From assembly GCA_963666515.2 (NCBI GenBank), contig OY762897.2, positions 1,696,001-1,760,000 of the forward strand: 64,000 nucleotides of DNA, given 5' to 3'. How positions within the stretch are numbered: the first letter of the stretch is position 1; every line of letters starts with the position of its first letter. Under the pieces are notes generated by a model. The model saw only the letters and a program-made list of their open reading frames with translations. It did not search any database and was not told the origin of the DNA. Origin of the DNA: Candidatus Binatia bacterium. Its GTDB lineage: Bacteria; Desulfobacterota; Binatia; UBA9968; JAJDTQ01. The position numbers and the translations under genes were made by a program. This document shows positions 19,052-27,709 of this stretch, piece after piece.

Positions 19052-20235
19052 CGATGCTGGACCGCCGTTCGTTTCTCAAACTGTGCTGCGCCATCGGCGC
19101 GGCCTCGGCGAACCCCCGTCTGGCATTCGCCACCGTGCCGACGGAAAACCGTTTCGTCCTCGTGTTACTGAGGGGCGGCCTCGACGGCCTCCACGCGGTA
19201 CCGCCCTACGCCGACCCGGAGTACGGCCGCCTGCGCCCCACCCTTGCCGTCGCCGCCCCCGGGCAGGAGAACGGCGCTCTCGACCTGGACGGCTCTTTCG
19301 GTCTCCATCCGGCGCTGGCGCCCCTGAAGCGCCTCTACGGGGAAGGCCAATTGCTGGTCATTCCGGCTGCGACCACGGGTTACCGCGCGCGCTCGCACTT
19401 CGACGGCCAGAACATGCTGGAGAACGGCAGCGGCATCCCCTTCGGCGCCAAGGACGGGTGGTTGAACCGCGCCATCACAAGCCTCAATCAGGGCGACCGC
19501 CGTCTCGGCCTGGCCCTGGGGCCGGCCGTTCCGTTGCTGTTGCAGGGCGAGGCGCCGGTGGCCACCTGGGCGGACAGCCCCCTTCCCAAAACCAGCGAGG
19601 ACTTCCTCCAACGGCTCGCCCACACCTATCGCGGCGATCCCCTGTTCGCGCGCGCCCTGGCCGACGCCCGCGGGAGCATGGCGCCGTCGATGGAGAGCAT
19701 GCCGGATGGTCGTAATCAACGCAGCCGCGCGTTCGAGATCGCCGCCACCGCGGCGGCGAGTCTCATGGCCCGAAACGAAGGTCCTCGCATCGCCGTCCTC
19801 GAATCCCAGGGATGGGACACCCATTTCGGCCAGCACTGGCGGCTCACCCGCCTGTTCGGGCAACTGTCGGCCGGCCTCATCGCGTTCAAGGAAGGGATCG
19901 GGGCTCACTGGCAGAGAACCGCCGTCCTGGTCGTGTCCGAATTCGGACGCACCGCGGCGGAGAACGGCAGCCGGGGCACCGACCATGGCGTCGGCGGGCT
20001 CGCGCTACTGCTCGGCGGCGCGGTCAAGGGGGGACGGGTGACGGGCGCATGGCCCGGCCTGACTCCGGCGGCGCTCTACGAAGGCCGGGACATCCGCCCG
20101 ACGACCCACTACGAAAGCCTCTTCAAGAGCGCATTGATCCGCCACCTCGGGGCTTCCCCGAGCACGGTCGAGGACAAGGTCTTCCCGCGGAGCCGCTCCC
20201 TCGCGCCCGCCGAGAACCTGTTCCGCACAGGTTGA
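19048..20235 (+). CDS. DUF1501 domain protein (Tat signal)
   Basis: DRRSFL, LRGGLDGL, RSHFDGQ, GWDTH, SEFGRT, GTDHG; ATGA overlap with DUF1800. Confidence 0.92.
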   Translation: MTMLDRRSFLKLCCAIGAASANPRLAFATVPTENRFVLVLLRGGLDGLHAVPPYADPEYGRLRPTLAVAAPGQENGALDLDGSFGLHPALAPLKRLYGEGQLLVIPAATTGYRARSHFDGQNMLENGSGIPFGAKDGWLNRAITSLNQGDRRLGLALGPAVPLLLQGEAPVATWADSPLPKTSEDFLQRLAHTYRGDPLFARALADARGSMAPSMESMPDGRNQRSRAFEIAATAAASLMARNEGPRIAVLESQGWDTHFGQHWRLTRLFGQLSAGLIAFKEGIGAHWQRTAVLVVSEFGRTAAENGSRGTDHGVGGLALLLGGAVKGGRVTGAWPGLTPAALYEGRDIRPTTHYESLFKSALIRHLGASPSTVEDKVFPRSRSLAPAENLFRTG

Positions 20236-20260
20236 CGAAGACGGGCTGGAATTCCTGCCG

Positions 20261-20632
20261 TCAGCCGGATGAGGTGGACAACTCCAGGCGGTTTCCGCTG
20301 GGGTCGATGACGTAGACGGAGTATCCGCCGTCGTCGTGGCGGCGGATATCGCTGACCTTGGCGCCTCTGGCTTCGATCTCTTTGATGAAATCCTCGGGCT
20401 CGCAGCGGGCGTCGATCTCGAAGGTGTGGTGCGGCACGCGGGGGTGGCGGTCCTTGGAGGCGTCGAAGACGCCCAGGACGGCGCCGCCGAGGTTGAGACG
20501 GACGACATCGACGCCGGCGACCACGTGTTTCTTGCGAATGGTCGCCCCGAGGACGTCCTGGTAGAAGCTCACCGTTTTCTCCAGGTCCTCGGCGTTGAAA
20601 TTCCACGAACGAAATTGCGTCAGCTTGGACAT
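20261..20632 (-). CDS. VOC/glyoxalase family protein
   Basis: DLEKTVSFYQDVLG, HHTF, YVIDPSGNRLEL. Confidence 0.85.
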   Translation of the reverse strand: MSKLTQFRSWNFNAEDLEKTVSFYQDVLGATIRKKHVVAGVDVVRLNLGGAVLGVFDASKDRHPRVPHHTFEIDARCEPEDFIKEIEARGAKVSDIRRHDDGGYSVYVIDPSGNRLELSTSSG

Positions 20633-20655
20633 GATGAACCCTCCTTAAAGGACAA

Positions 20656-22020
20656 TCATTCGACCCTTGCAGCTTCGAACAAGGGGTACGGATTTTCAAG
20701 CTCGTCGAAGCGCCAGAGCCGCTCCAACAAGGCTGCCTGCCGTTGCGCGGATAGAACACCCGCCGTAAGGCCCAAGAATTTCTGCTCCAGTTCGCTGTCC
20801 GTCAACGGGTTGCGGCTGTGGCCCTTGGGATAGTCCTCTGACCGGGTCAACCGGCGCCCGGACTGTAGCGTGATCTCCATGCGCGCCCGCTGCTGCGCCG
20901 GATAGTCGCGGGTGGCTTCGGGGTCCTCGCTGACCTCGACCTTGCGCATGAGCGGCCGCAGGAGCGGGTCTCGGATGCGTTTCTCGTTGAAGCTGGCGGG
21001 GGTTACCGCACCGTCGGTCAGGGCGACGGCGACCACGTAAGGGAGGCTGTGATCCGCGGTCTCGCGGGTGCTGGGGTCCCATTTTTCGGGCTCGCCGGCG
21101 GCGTTCCGCACCGCCACGCCATAGGTCTCGATACGGATGCGCTCCAGGTCGTCGAGCTTGAACTCGTCGCGCAACTCCAGCGCCATGGCGGCGCCGGCCT
21201 GGGTGTGAATCTGCACGGGGAAGTACTTGATGCTGGTGTCGGTGAGCTTGAACGGCACGCCTGCTCCGGCGTCGCCGAATCCGTCGAGGCGCAGTTCCCC
21301 GGTCACCTGCTCGAACAGCCCGTAGCGGCCCTCGAAGGGCTCGGGCGGCCCTTCCAATCCCCCGCGGGCGAGCAGCGCCGCGAACACGCCGTTGCGCACG
21401 GCCATGGCCGTGGCGCAGCCCTTCCACATCGACAGCTCACCCACGCGGGTCTGGCCCAACGGCGCCTGGGAGACGGCGGTCATGGAGATGGCGTGCGCGA
21501 GCTGTTCCTCGGGCAGTCCCATGACTTTTCCCGCGGCGCAGGCGCTCGCCGGACCGATGAAGAGTCCCTGGTCCCAGCCCTTCTCGCGGGTAGCGAAACG
21601 GGCGGCGAACTGCCCGTAGATTTCGTAGGCCAGCACCAGCGCGGTGATCACCTCGCGGCCCGAGGCGCCGGCGACCTCGGCCGCGGCCAGCACCGCCGGC
21701 AGCATGTCGCTCGGATGGCCTCCACCCGGGGACACGAAGCTGTCGTTGCAGTCCAGGTAGCGGATCATGGCGGTGTTGGCGAAGGCCGCCATATCGGGCG
21801 TGGCAGCCTTTCCGGTTCCGAGGATTCGCGCGGCGCCCTGCCCTTCCAACGCCGGCGCCAGATCACGGGCAATGCGGCAGGGCTCGGCAGTAAACCCACC
21901 GAGGGCACAACCCACAGAATCCAGTATCCGGCGCCGGGCCTCGTGAAGGGTATCGGGAGGAAGGTCCCGGTAGTCGAGGGAAGCGGCGTAGGCGCTCAGA
22001 AATCGCGCGGTCGCGTCCAT
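20656..22020 (-). CDS. MmgE/PrpD family protein
   Basis: IRYLDCND, GHPSD, RVGELSMWKG, RETADHSLPY, PKGH..NP. Confidence 0.92.
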   Translation of the reverse strand: MDATARFLSAYAASLDYRDLPPDTLHEARRRILDSVGCALGGFTAEPCRIARDLAPALEGQGAARILGTGKAATPDMAAFANTAMIRYLDCNDSFVSPGGGHPSDMLPAVLAAAEVAGASGREVITALVLAYEIYGQFAARFATREKGWDQGLFIGPASACAAGKVMGLPEEQLAHAISMTAVSQAPLGQTRVGELSMWKGCATAMAVRNGVFAALLARGGLEGPPEPFEGRYGLFEQVTGELRLDGFGDAGAGVPFKLTDTSIKYFPVQIHTQAGAAMALELRDEFKLDDLERIRIETYGVAVRNAAGEPEKWDPSTRETADHSLPYVVAVALTDGAVTPASFNEKRIRDPLLRPLMRKVEVSEDPEATRDYPAQQRARMEITLQSGRRLTRSEDYPKGHSRNPLTDSELEQKFLGLTAGVLSAQRQAALLERLWRFDELENPYPLFEAARVE

Positions 22021-22027
22021 GATGAGA

Positions 22028-22501
22028 TCAGTCCCGATCCCGCAACGTGGCGAAGAAACTCTTCAGGATCTCGCCGCACCGTTCCGCCAGCACGCCCTCG
22101 GTGACCTCCACGCGATGGTTCAGGCGCGAATCGTCGCAGATTCGATAGAGCGACCTCACCGCGCCTCCCTTGGGATCCGGGCAACCGAACACCAGACGCT
22201 GGACGCGCGCCTGGACGATGGCGCCGGCGCACATGACGCAGGGTTCCAGAGTGACGTAGAGCGTGCAGTCGTCGAGGCGCCAGGAGGGCCGCGCCGCGAC
22301 CGCCTCCCTGATGGCCAGGATCTCCGCGTGGCTCGTGGGGTCCGCCAAGGCCTCGCGCCGGTTGCGCCCCCGGCCGATCACTTCGCCGCCGCATACCACG
22401 ACCGCGCCAACGGGAACCTCATCGTCCCCGAGCGCCGCCTCGGCCTCGGCCAGAGCCCGCGCCATGAACGCCGAGTCCTCCTTGTCGGGTACGCTACGCA
22501 A
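22028..22501 (-). CDS. tadA: tRNA adenosine(34) deaminase
   Basis: EVPVGAV, HAE, TLEPCVMCAGA; likely true start ATG 22465 after AAGGAGG. Confidence 0.93.
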   Translation of the reverse strand: MRSVPDKEDSAFMARALAEAEAALGDDEVPVGAVVVCGGEVIGRGRNRREALADPTSHAEILAIREAVAARPSWRLDDCTLYVTLEPCVMCAGAIVQARVQRLVFGCPDPKGGAVRSLYRICDDSRLNHRVEVTEGVLAERCGEILKSFFATLRDRD

Positions 22502-22961
22502 GCTCCGCCAAGTCGTCCAGCACCTCCCGCGCGTGCTGCTCGGGTTTCACCTTCTCGTAGATCCTGGCGATCTTGCCCTTGGGATCGATCAGGAACGACA
22601 TCCGGTAGGTGCCCTCGTACTCCCTGCCCATGAACTTCTTCTTGCCCCAGACGTCGTACAGCCTCACCACCTCCTTCTCCTCGTCCGCCAACAAGCTGTA
22701 AGGCAACTGGTGCTTCTCGGCAAACTTGGCGTGGCTCTTGACCGGATCGATGCTCACTCCCAGAACCGTGGCCTTGGCCTCTTCGAATTCGGCTATGTGG
22801 TCCCGCATACTACGGGCCTCTTTCGTTCAGCCGGGGGTGGCGTCCTTGGGATAGAAGAACAGCAGCACCCACTTGCCCTTGTAGCCTGACAGCTTGTGGG
22901 GCTTGCCGTTCTGGTCCATCAGCCGGAAATCCGGCGCCTTGTCACCGGGCTTGTGCTTCAT
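22494..22961 (-). CDS. bcp: Bcp/PrxQ peroxiredoxin, predicted selenoprotein (UGA at codon 45)
   Basis: FYPKDATPG-[TGA 22827-22829]-TKEARSMRD; both track ORFs are in one frame giving 155 aa. Confidence 0.85.
22791..22832 (-). promoter_or_regulatory. Putative bacterial SECIS element
   Basis: Upper stem CCCGUA/UGCGGG with G-starting loop 16 nt after the UGA; lower stem GGCUG/UAGCC. Confidence 0.6.
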
Positions 22962-23136
22962 GATTCGGGTTCCTTCCGATTGCGTGTTCCCGGATGTTCT
23001 ACAATGCAAGTTGACCCATGCCAAGCCGACGACGGTGGCGGGCCGCCTTGACACCACGCGTCCGGTGGGAACAGAATCCCTATGTCCCGGCAGGCTGGGA
23101 CCTCTTCGACGACAAACCGAAACGGGAGGAACTCGG

Positions 23137-23934
23137 ATGGAAATCGTACACAAGCCGCGAAGCTACGGCGAGCACGCCGACCACTGGCTCGATTTCGAGG
23201 AAAGCCCCCGGAGGGTCCGCATCAGGTTCGGCGGCGAGACCCTGGCGGACACGAAGCGCGCCATGCTGCTGCGGGAGGCGGGCCATGTCCCGGTCTACTA
23301 TTTCCCGCAAGAAGACGTGCGCATGGAGTTGCTGACACCCAACGACCACCACAGCCAATGCTCCGTGAAGGGAGAGGCTTCCTACTGGGACATCGCCGCG
23401 GGCGGCAAGACGGCCGAGTCCGCGGCCTGGAGCTACCTCGACCCCAAGCCCGGGTCCCGCGACATCGCCGGGTACTTGTCCTTCTACTGGAACCGGATGG
23501 ACGGCTGGTACGAGGAGGAGGATGAAATCTTCGTTCACGCCCGGGACCCGTACAAGCGGGTGGACGTGCTCCACAGCTCGCGCCACGTCCAGGTGACCCT
23601 CGGCGGCGAGGTGGTGGCGGATTCCACGCGTCCCCGGCTGGTGCTGGAGACCGGACACCTGATCCGCTACTACCTGCCGCGAGAGGACGTGCGCACGGAG
23701 TTGCTGGAACCCAGCGACACCCGGACGCGGTGCCCCTACAAGGGCACCGCCAGCTACTGGTCGGCGAACGTGAACGGCAAGGTCTTCGAAGACACCGTCT
23801 GGAGCTACGAGGAAACCATCCCCGAATGCCCGAAGATCAAGGACCTGATGTGTTTCTTCAACGAACGGGTGGACGCCATCCATGTGGACGGCGAGCGGCT
23901 GGAGATTCCCAGGACCAAGTGGTCGCGGGAGTGA
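23137..23934 (+). CDS. Tandem DUF427 domain protein
   Basis: Two repeats of E.G..P/R.YY.P..DV and C..KG.ASYW; GGAGG RBS. Confidence 0.9.
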   Translation: MEIVHKPRSYGEHADHWLDFEESPRRVRIRFGGETLADTKRAMLLREAGHVPVYYFPQEDVRMELLTPNDHHSQCSVKGEASYWDIAAGGKTAESAAWSYLDPKPGSRDIAGYLSFYWNRMDGWYEEEDEIFVHARDPYKRVDVLHSSRHVQVTLGGEVVADSTRPRLVLETGHLIRYYLPREDVRTELLEPSDTRTRCPYKGTASYWSANVNGKVFEDTVWSYEETIPECPKIKDLMCFFNERVDAIHVDGERLEIPRTKWSRE

Positions 23935-23955
23935 AATAATCGGACCGGGCGTGGC

Positions 23956-24732
23956 CTAAGCCGCGGTCGAAGCGGCGGCCGCAGCCGATGGCAGGACGCC
24001 GGCCTCCCGCAGCCTGGGGATCAGTTCATCAAGGCTCTTGATTAGCAGCTTCGGCCTGGCCGCGGCCAGCGTCTCCTCGTCGTTGTAGGAGTACTCGGTG
24101 GCCAGAGCCACCGTGAACACCGACAGGTCGCTTCCGGCCACCTGGGCGAACTCCAGGTTGTTGCCCGCCCGCAGGTAGGTGGCGGTCCCGGACAGGAGGA
24201 TCACCTCGAGGTTCCGGTTGAGCTTTCGGAACAGGTGGTAGATGCCCTGCTCCTTGCGGAAGTAGGTCTCGTCGCGGTCGATGATCTCCTCGAAGTATTC
24301 GCTGATGCCGGCCTCCTCCATGACCCGGTGCTTGTAGCGCCGGCCGCTGGTGGTGAGCACCATGTTGCTCAGGCCCGCGTCCCGGGCTTCCTTGAGCGAG
24401 TCCTCGACGCCCGGAATGAAATCCGGCGGGTTTACGTCGAAGCCGTGCCGGCGGGCGATCTCCAGGGCGTGGCCGCGGATCTCGCGCCGCACGCCCTCGT
24501 TGTAGATGATGCTCGGGTCCCGGGCGTAGTCTTCCGCAAAGAGGATGGGCGCCAGGAAAAAGTCGAACGGCCCGTCCGCCACTTTGCGCAGCTCTTCGAA
24601 GGACAGTTGCGGCTTGTGGTAACGCGGGAGGATCTCGTTGGCGATGATGTGGACCCGGTGGATGTCCGTCTCGATGGTGTCGGACATGGTCCGGATCAGG
24701 CATCGCTTGACCGGCGTCGGCGCATCACTCAT
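23956..24732 (-). CDS. HAD-fold protein with degenerate catalytic motifs
   Basis: IPGVEDSLKE, VLTTSG, GISEYFEEII, C-terminal P.LLIKSLDEL; motif I/IV Asp absent. Confidence 0.65.
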   Translation of the reverse strand: MSDAPTPVKRCLIRTMSDTIETDIHRVHIIANEILPRYHKPQLSFEELRKVADGPFDFFLAPILFAEDYARDPSIIYNEGVRREIRGHALEIARRHGFDVNPPDFIPGVEDSLKEARDAGLSNMVLTTSGRRYKHRVMEEAGISEYFEEIIDRDETYFRKEQGIYHLFRKLNRNLEVILLSGTATYLRAGNNLEFAQVAGSDLSVFTVALATEYSYNDEETLAAARPKLLIKSLDELIPRLREAGVLPSAAAAASTAA

Positions 24733-24774
24733 GGCAACCTCCAGGCGCCAGGGTCGGCACTGCGGTCGAACCCC

Positions 24775-24802
24775 GCAGGGGCGACCCGCCGGTCGCCCCT
24801 GC
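24775..24802. repeat. REP-like palindrome, family B (GYAGGGGCG...CGCCCCTRC)
   Basis: GCAGGGGCGACCCGCCGGTCGCCCCTGC; related copies at 37938, 52812, 56525. Confidence 0.75.
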
Positions 24803-24878
24803 ACGGACAGACTCCTGGCTGGAAAACTGATTCAGCTTTAGCTAATCTGCCGGAACCCTGTCAACTATTGGAGATTTC

Positions 24879-25862
24879 ATGCTGAACCTGACTCTGGCGT
24901 GCGGCCACTACGACCGCACCGAGGCCCTGCGGGACGGGCGCGTGCGGCCCGACGGGATCCGGCTCAACTGCCTGACGCTCAAGGTGGAGGAGACCTTCTG
25001 GCGCATGATGCAGTACCGCGAGTTCGACGTGGCCGAGACCTCGCTGGGCGGCTACGTGGTGCGCCGGGGGCGCGGGGCCGACGACTTGGTGGCGATCCCG
25101 GTCTTTCCGTCCCGGTTCTTCCGCCAGTCGTGCATCTTCGTCCACGGCGGCTCCGGCATCGAATCGCCGCAGGACCTCAGGGAAAAGCGCATCGGCGTTC
25201 CGGAATACCAGATGACCGCGGCCGTGTGGGCTCGCGGAATCCTCTCGGACGACTACGGCGTGCGCGCCGAGGACGTCGAATGGGTCCAAGGCGGCCTGGA
25301 AGACCCGGGACGCCTTCCCTTCGAGCCGGTGGAGCCGGCCGGCATCCGCCTGGGCTTCGCTCCGCCGGACCGCTCCCTGGCGCAGATGCTCGCGGACGGC
25401 GAGATCCAGGCGCTGATCACCGCCCGGACGCCGTCCACCTTCGATCCTGCCGGCTCCGTGGTGCGCCGGCTCTTCCCGGAACCCTGGAAGGTCGAGCGGG
25501 ACTACTTCGAGCGCACCGGCATCTTCCCCATCATGCACACGGTGTCCATTAGGCGGGAGATCCTTGACGAGCACCCGTGGGTGGCGGCGACCCTGATGAA
25601 GGCCTTTTCCGAGGCCAAGGACCTGGCCGTGGCCGACCTGACCCAGACCAGCGCGCTGCCGCTTTCGCTGCCGTTCCTGACCGAGCACGCCCACCAGACG
25701 GTAGAGACCATGGGCGAGGATTTCTGGCCCTACGGCCTGGAGTCCAACCGCAAGACCCTTGAAACATTCGTGCGTTACATGCACGAGCAGGGCATGATCG
25801 GCCGGCCGATGCCCATCGAGGAGCTGTTCGCCCTGAGCACCCACCGCACCTTCCGGATCTGA
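24879..25862 (+). CDS. 4,5-dihydroxyphthalate decarboxylase-like / solute-binding-fold protein
   Basis: LTLACGHYDRT, FDVAE.S, PVFPSR.FR, IGVPEYQMTA, IFPIMH, WPYG; no signal peptide. Confidence 0.8.
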   Translation: MLNLTLACGHYDRTEALRDGRVRPDGIRLNCLTLKVEETFWRMMQYREFDVAETSLGGYVVRRGRGADDLVAIPVFPSRFFRQSCIFVHGGSGIESPQDLREKRIGVPEYQMTAAVWARGILSDDYGVRAEDVEWVQGGLEDPGRLPFEPVEPAGIRLGFAPPDRSLAQMLADGEIQALITARTPSTFDPAGSVVRRLFPEPWKVERDYFERTGIFPIMHTVSIRREILDEHPWVAATLMKAFSEAKDLAVADLTQTSALPLSLPFLTEHAHQTVETMGEDFWPYGLESNRKTLETFVRYMHEQGMIGRPMPIEELFALSTHRTFRI

Positions 25863-26086
25863 ACGGCGCCATTGCCAGCGCCGCCCGTTCGCGCCCCTGT
25901 CGGCGTTAACCGTCCGAAAATATGGGGAATACGCTGTCCATTCTTTGTGCAGGTCGTTGAAACCGCCTTTTCTTGCGGCTTGAAACCGCTCCGAAAAGGT
26001 TCCTGTGAACAGGTTTTCCACAGGTCCGGTGGATAGTGTCAGTGGCCCGACGGGACCGTCAAGCCGCCGCCGGTCCGGTGAGGGCT

Positions 26087-27058
26087 TCAGACGTAGTGCT
26101 GTATCTCCTGGAGGGAGGGCGGGAAAAACAGCTCTTCTATCGCGGGCTTGTGCTTGATCATGCCCTGCTCGAACTCGTAGCGGACCACGGCTTCCAGGTC
26201 GGGACGGTTGTCCTCCAGGTTGTAGGGCCAGGGGTCGGGTCCGAAGATGGCGTGCTGCTCCTGGAGTTCTTCCTTGGCCCACACCAGGGCGAGGCTCCGG
26301 GGGTCGCGCATGCGCTCGTAGCACACCTCCTTGGCCCGCTGGAGCGCCTGGAGCAGGCTCACCGCCACCCAGGGATACCGCTCCAGTATCTCGTCCTTGA
26401 CCACCACCGTGTGCATGATGGGGAAGATGCCGCTCTTGCGGTAGTACTCCACCTCCGCCTGCCGCGGGTCCGGGAAGAGCAGCGCCACCTTGTCCGAACC
26501 TTCCCGGATGGACGGCAGCACCTCGGGATAGAGGGAGCCTTCCAGGTCGCCGGCGCACAGCATCTCGTCGATGTTCCGGCCTTCGGGCACCCGGTGGATA
26601 TTCATCCACGAGGCCGGTTCCAGCGGCACGTCCTCTTCCTCTTGGCACCACCACTCCACCGTGCGGAGGTCCAGGCCGTAGTAGTCCTGCAGGATGCCGC
26701 GCATCCACAGGCCCGCGGAGTTCTGCAAAGTGTCGAGGCCGACCCGCTTGCCGTTCAGGTCCGCGGGCTCGTCGATGCCGCAGCCCGTGCGCTTGACCAT
26801 GTAGCTGTGGCGGAAGCGCCGGTGCGGGAACGCGGGAATGGCGGTGAAGTCCCGTCCCTGGTCGTGGGCCACCAAGTAGCCCACCAGCGACAGCTCGCAG
26901 GCGTCGAACTCCTCGTGGCGCAACATGCGCCCGTGGCGCTCGGGCGACTGCATGGTCATGACGTTGAGGTCGATGCCGGCGGGCTCTACCACCTTCTCCC
27001 ATAGCGGCCGCAGGAGATCGTAGCTGCCGCAGGCGAAATTCAGGTTCAAACGGGACAC
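26087..27058 (-). CDS. 4,5-dihydroxyphthalate decarboxylase-like / solute-binding-fold protein (paralog)
   Basis: FACGSYD, FDACELS, FPHRRFRHS, IFPIMH, WPY. Confidence 0.8.
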   Translation of the reverse strand: MSRLNLNFACGSYDLLRPLWEKVVEPAGIDLNVMTMQSPERHGRMLRHEEFDACELSLVGYLVAHDQGRDFTAIPAFPHRRFRHSYMVKRTGCGIDEPADLNGKRVGLDTLQNSAGLWMRGILQDYYGLDLRTVEWWCQEEEDVPLEPASWMNIHRVPEGRNIDEMLCAGDLEGSLYPEVLPSIREGSDKVALLFPDPRQAEVEYYRKSGIFPIMHTVVVKDEILERYPWVAVSLLQALQRAKEVCYERMRDPRSLALVWAKEELQEQHAIFGPDPWPYNLEDNRPDLEAVVRYEFEQGMIKHKPAIEELFFPPSLQEIQHYV

Positions 27059-27645
27059 TATTCGCTCCTCACGTGCTTTCGGTATTCCTCGGGCGTGTCG
27101 ATGTCGATGAGGATTCCTTCCTCGTCGGTCTCGATCTCCAGGGTTTCATCCGGGTGGCCCCGCACCACCGGCTTGGCGCCGGTCTCCAGGGACGCCGCCA
27201 TGAACTCGGGGAAGAGCCTGGCGGAGAACAGCACCGGATGGCCGCGCCGGCCGCCGAACCGCGGCACCACGATGAGCTTCTCCTCGACGCGGAAACGCTC
27301 GATCATCCGCTCCACCAGACCGCTCTCGATAAAGGGGTGGTCCACCAGGTGCACCAGGATCGCCTCCACGGGCTCGCCCTCCAGCGCCCGGATGGCGGTC
27401 TGCAGCGACGAGAGCTGGCCGCGGGCGTAGTCCGGGTTCACCGCGGTGTCGACGCCGAGGTAGCCGATGGCCTCCCGCATGGCGCCGGCGTTGTAGCCCA
27501 GCACCACCAGGGTCCGGTCCACGCTCGTGCGTTCCAGCGCACGGACGATGCGCTCGATGAACGGGACGCCATCCACCGGGAGCAACGCCTTGGGCCTTCC
27601 CATGCGGGTGGACGCGCCCGCGGCCAGGACGACGGCAACGATCAT
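27058..27645 (-). CDS. NTP transferase, molybdenum cofactor cytidylyltransferase (MocA-like)
   Basis: LAAGASTRMGRPKALL, GQLSSL, LVDHP, GHPVLF, DIDTPEEY. Confidence 0.85.
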   Translation of the reverse strand: MIVAVVLAAGASTRMGRPKALLPVDGVPFIERIVRALERTSVDRTLVVLGYNAGAMREAIGYLGVDTAVNPDYARGQLSSLQTAIRALEGEPVEAILVHLVDHPFIESGLVERMIERFRVEEKLIVVPRFGGRRGHPVLFSARLFPEFMAASLETGAKPVVRGHPDETLEIETDEEGILIDIDTPEEYRKHVRSE

Positions 27646-27709
27646 GAATCGGAATGACAAGGGCGCGGGAGGCGGGAACGCCACCTCCGCGCGCTGGCGC
27701 TCGGTCGGC

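Noticed and set aside
22827-22829. Nonsense mutation making bcp a pseudogene
   Set aside because: The stop is UGA exactly at the catalytic Cys, both halves are intact and a SECIS-like hairpin follows; less likely, though not excluded
24879-25862. ABC transporter receptor
   Set aside because: No signal peptide and no adjacent permease or ATPase
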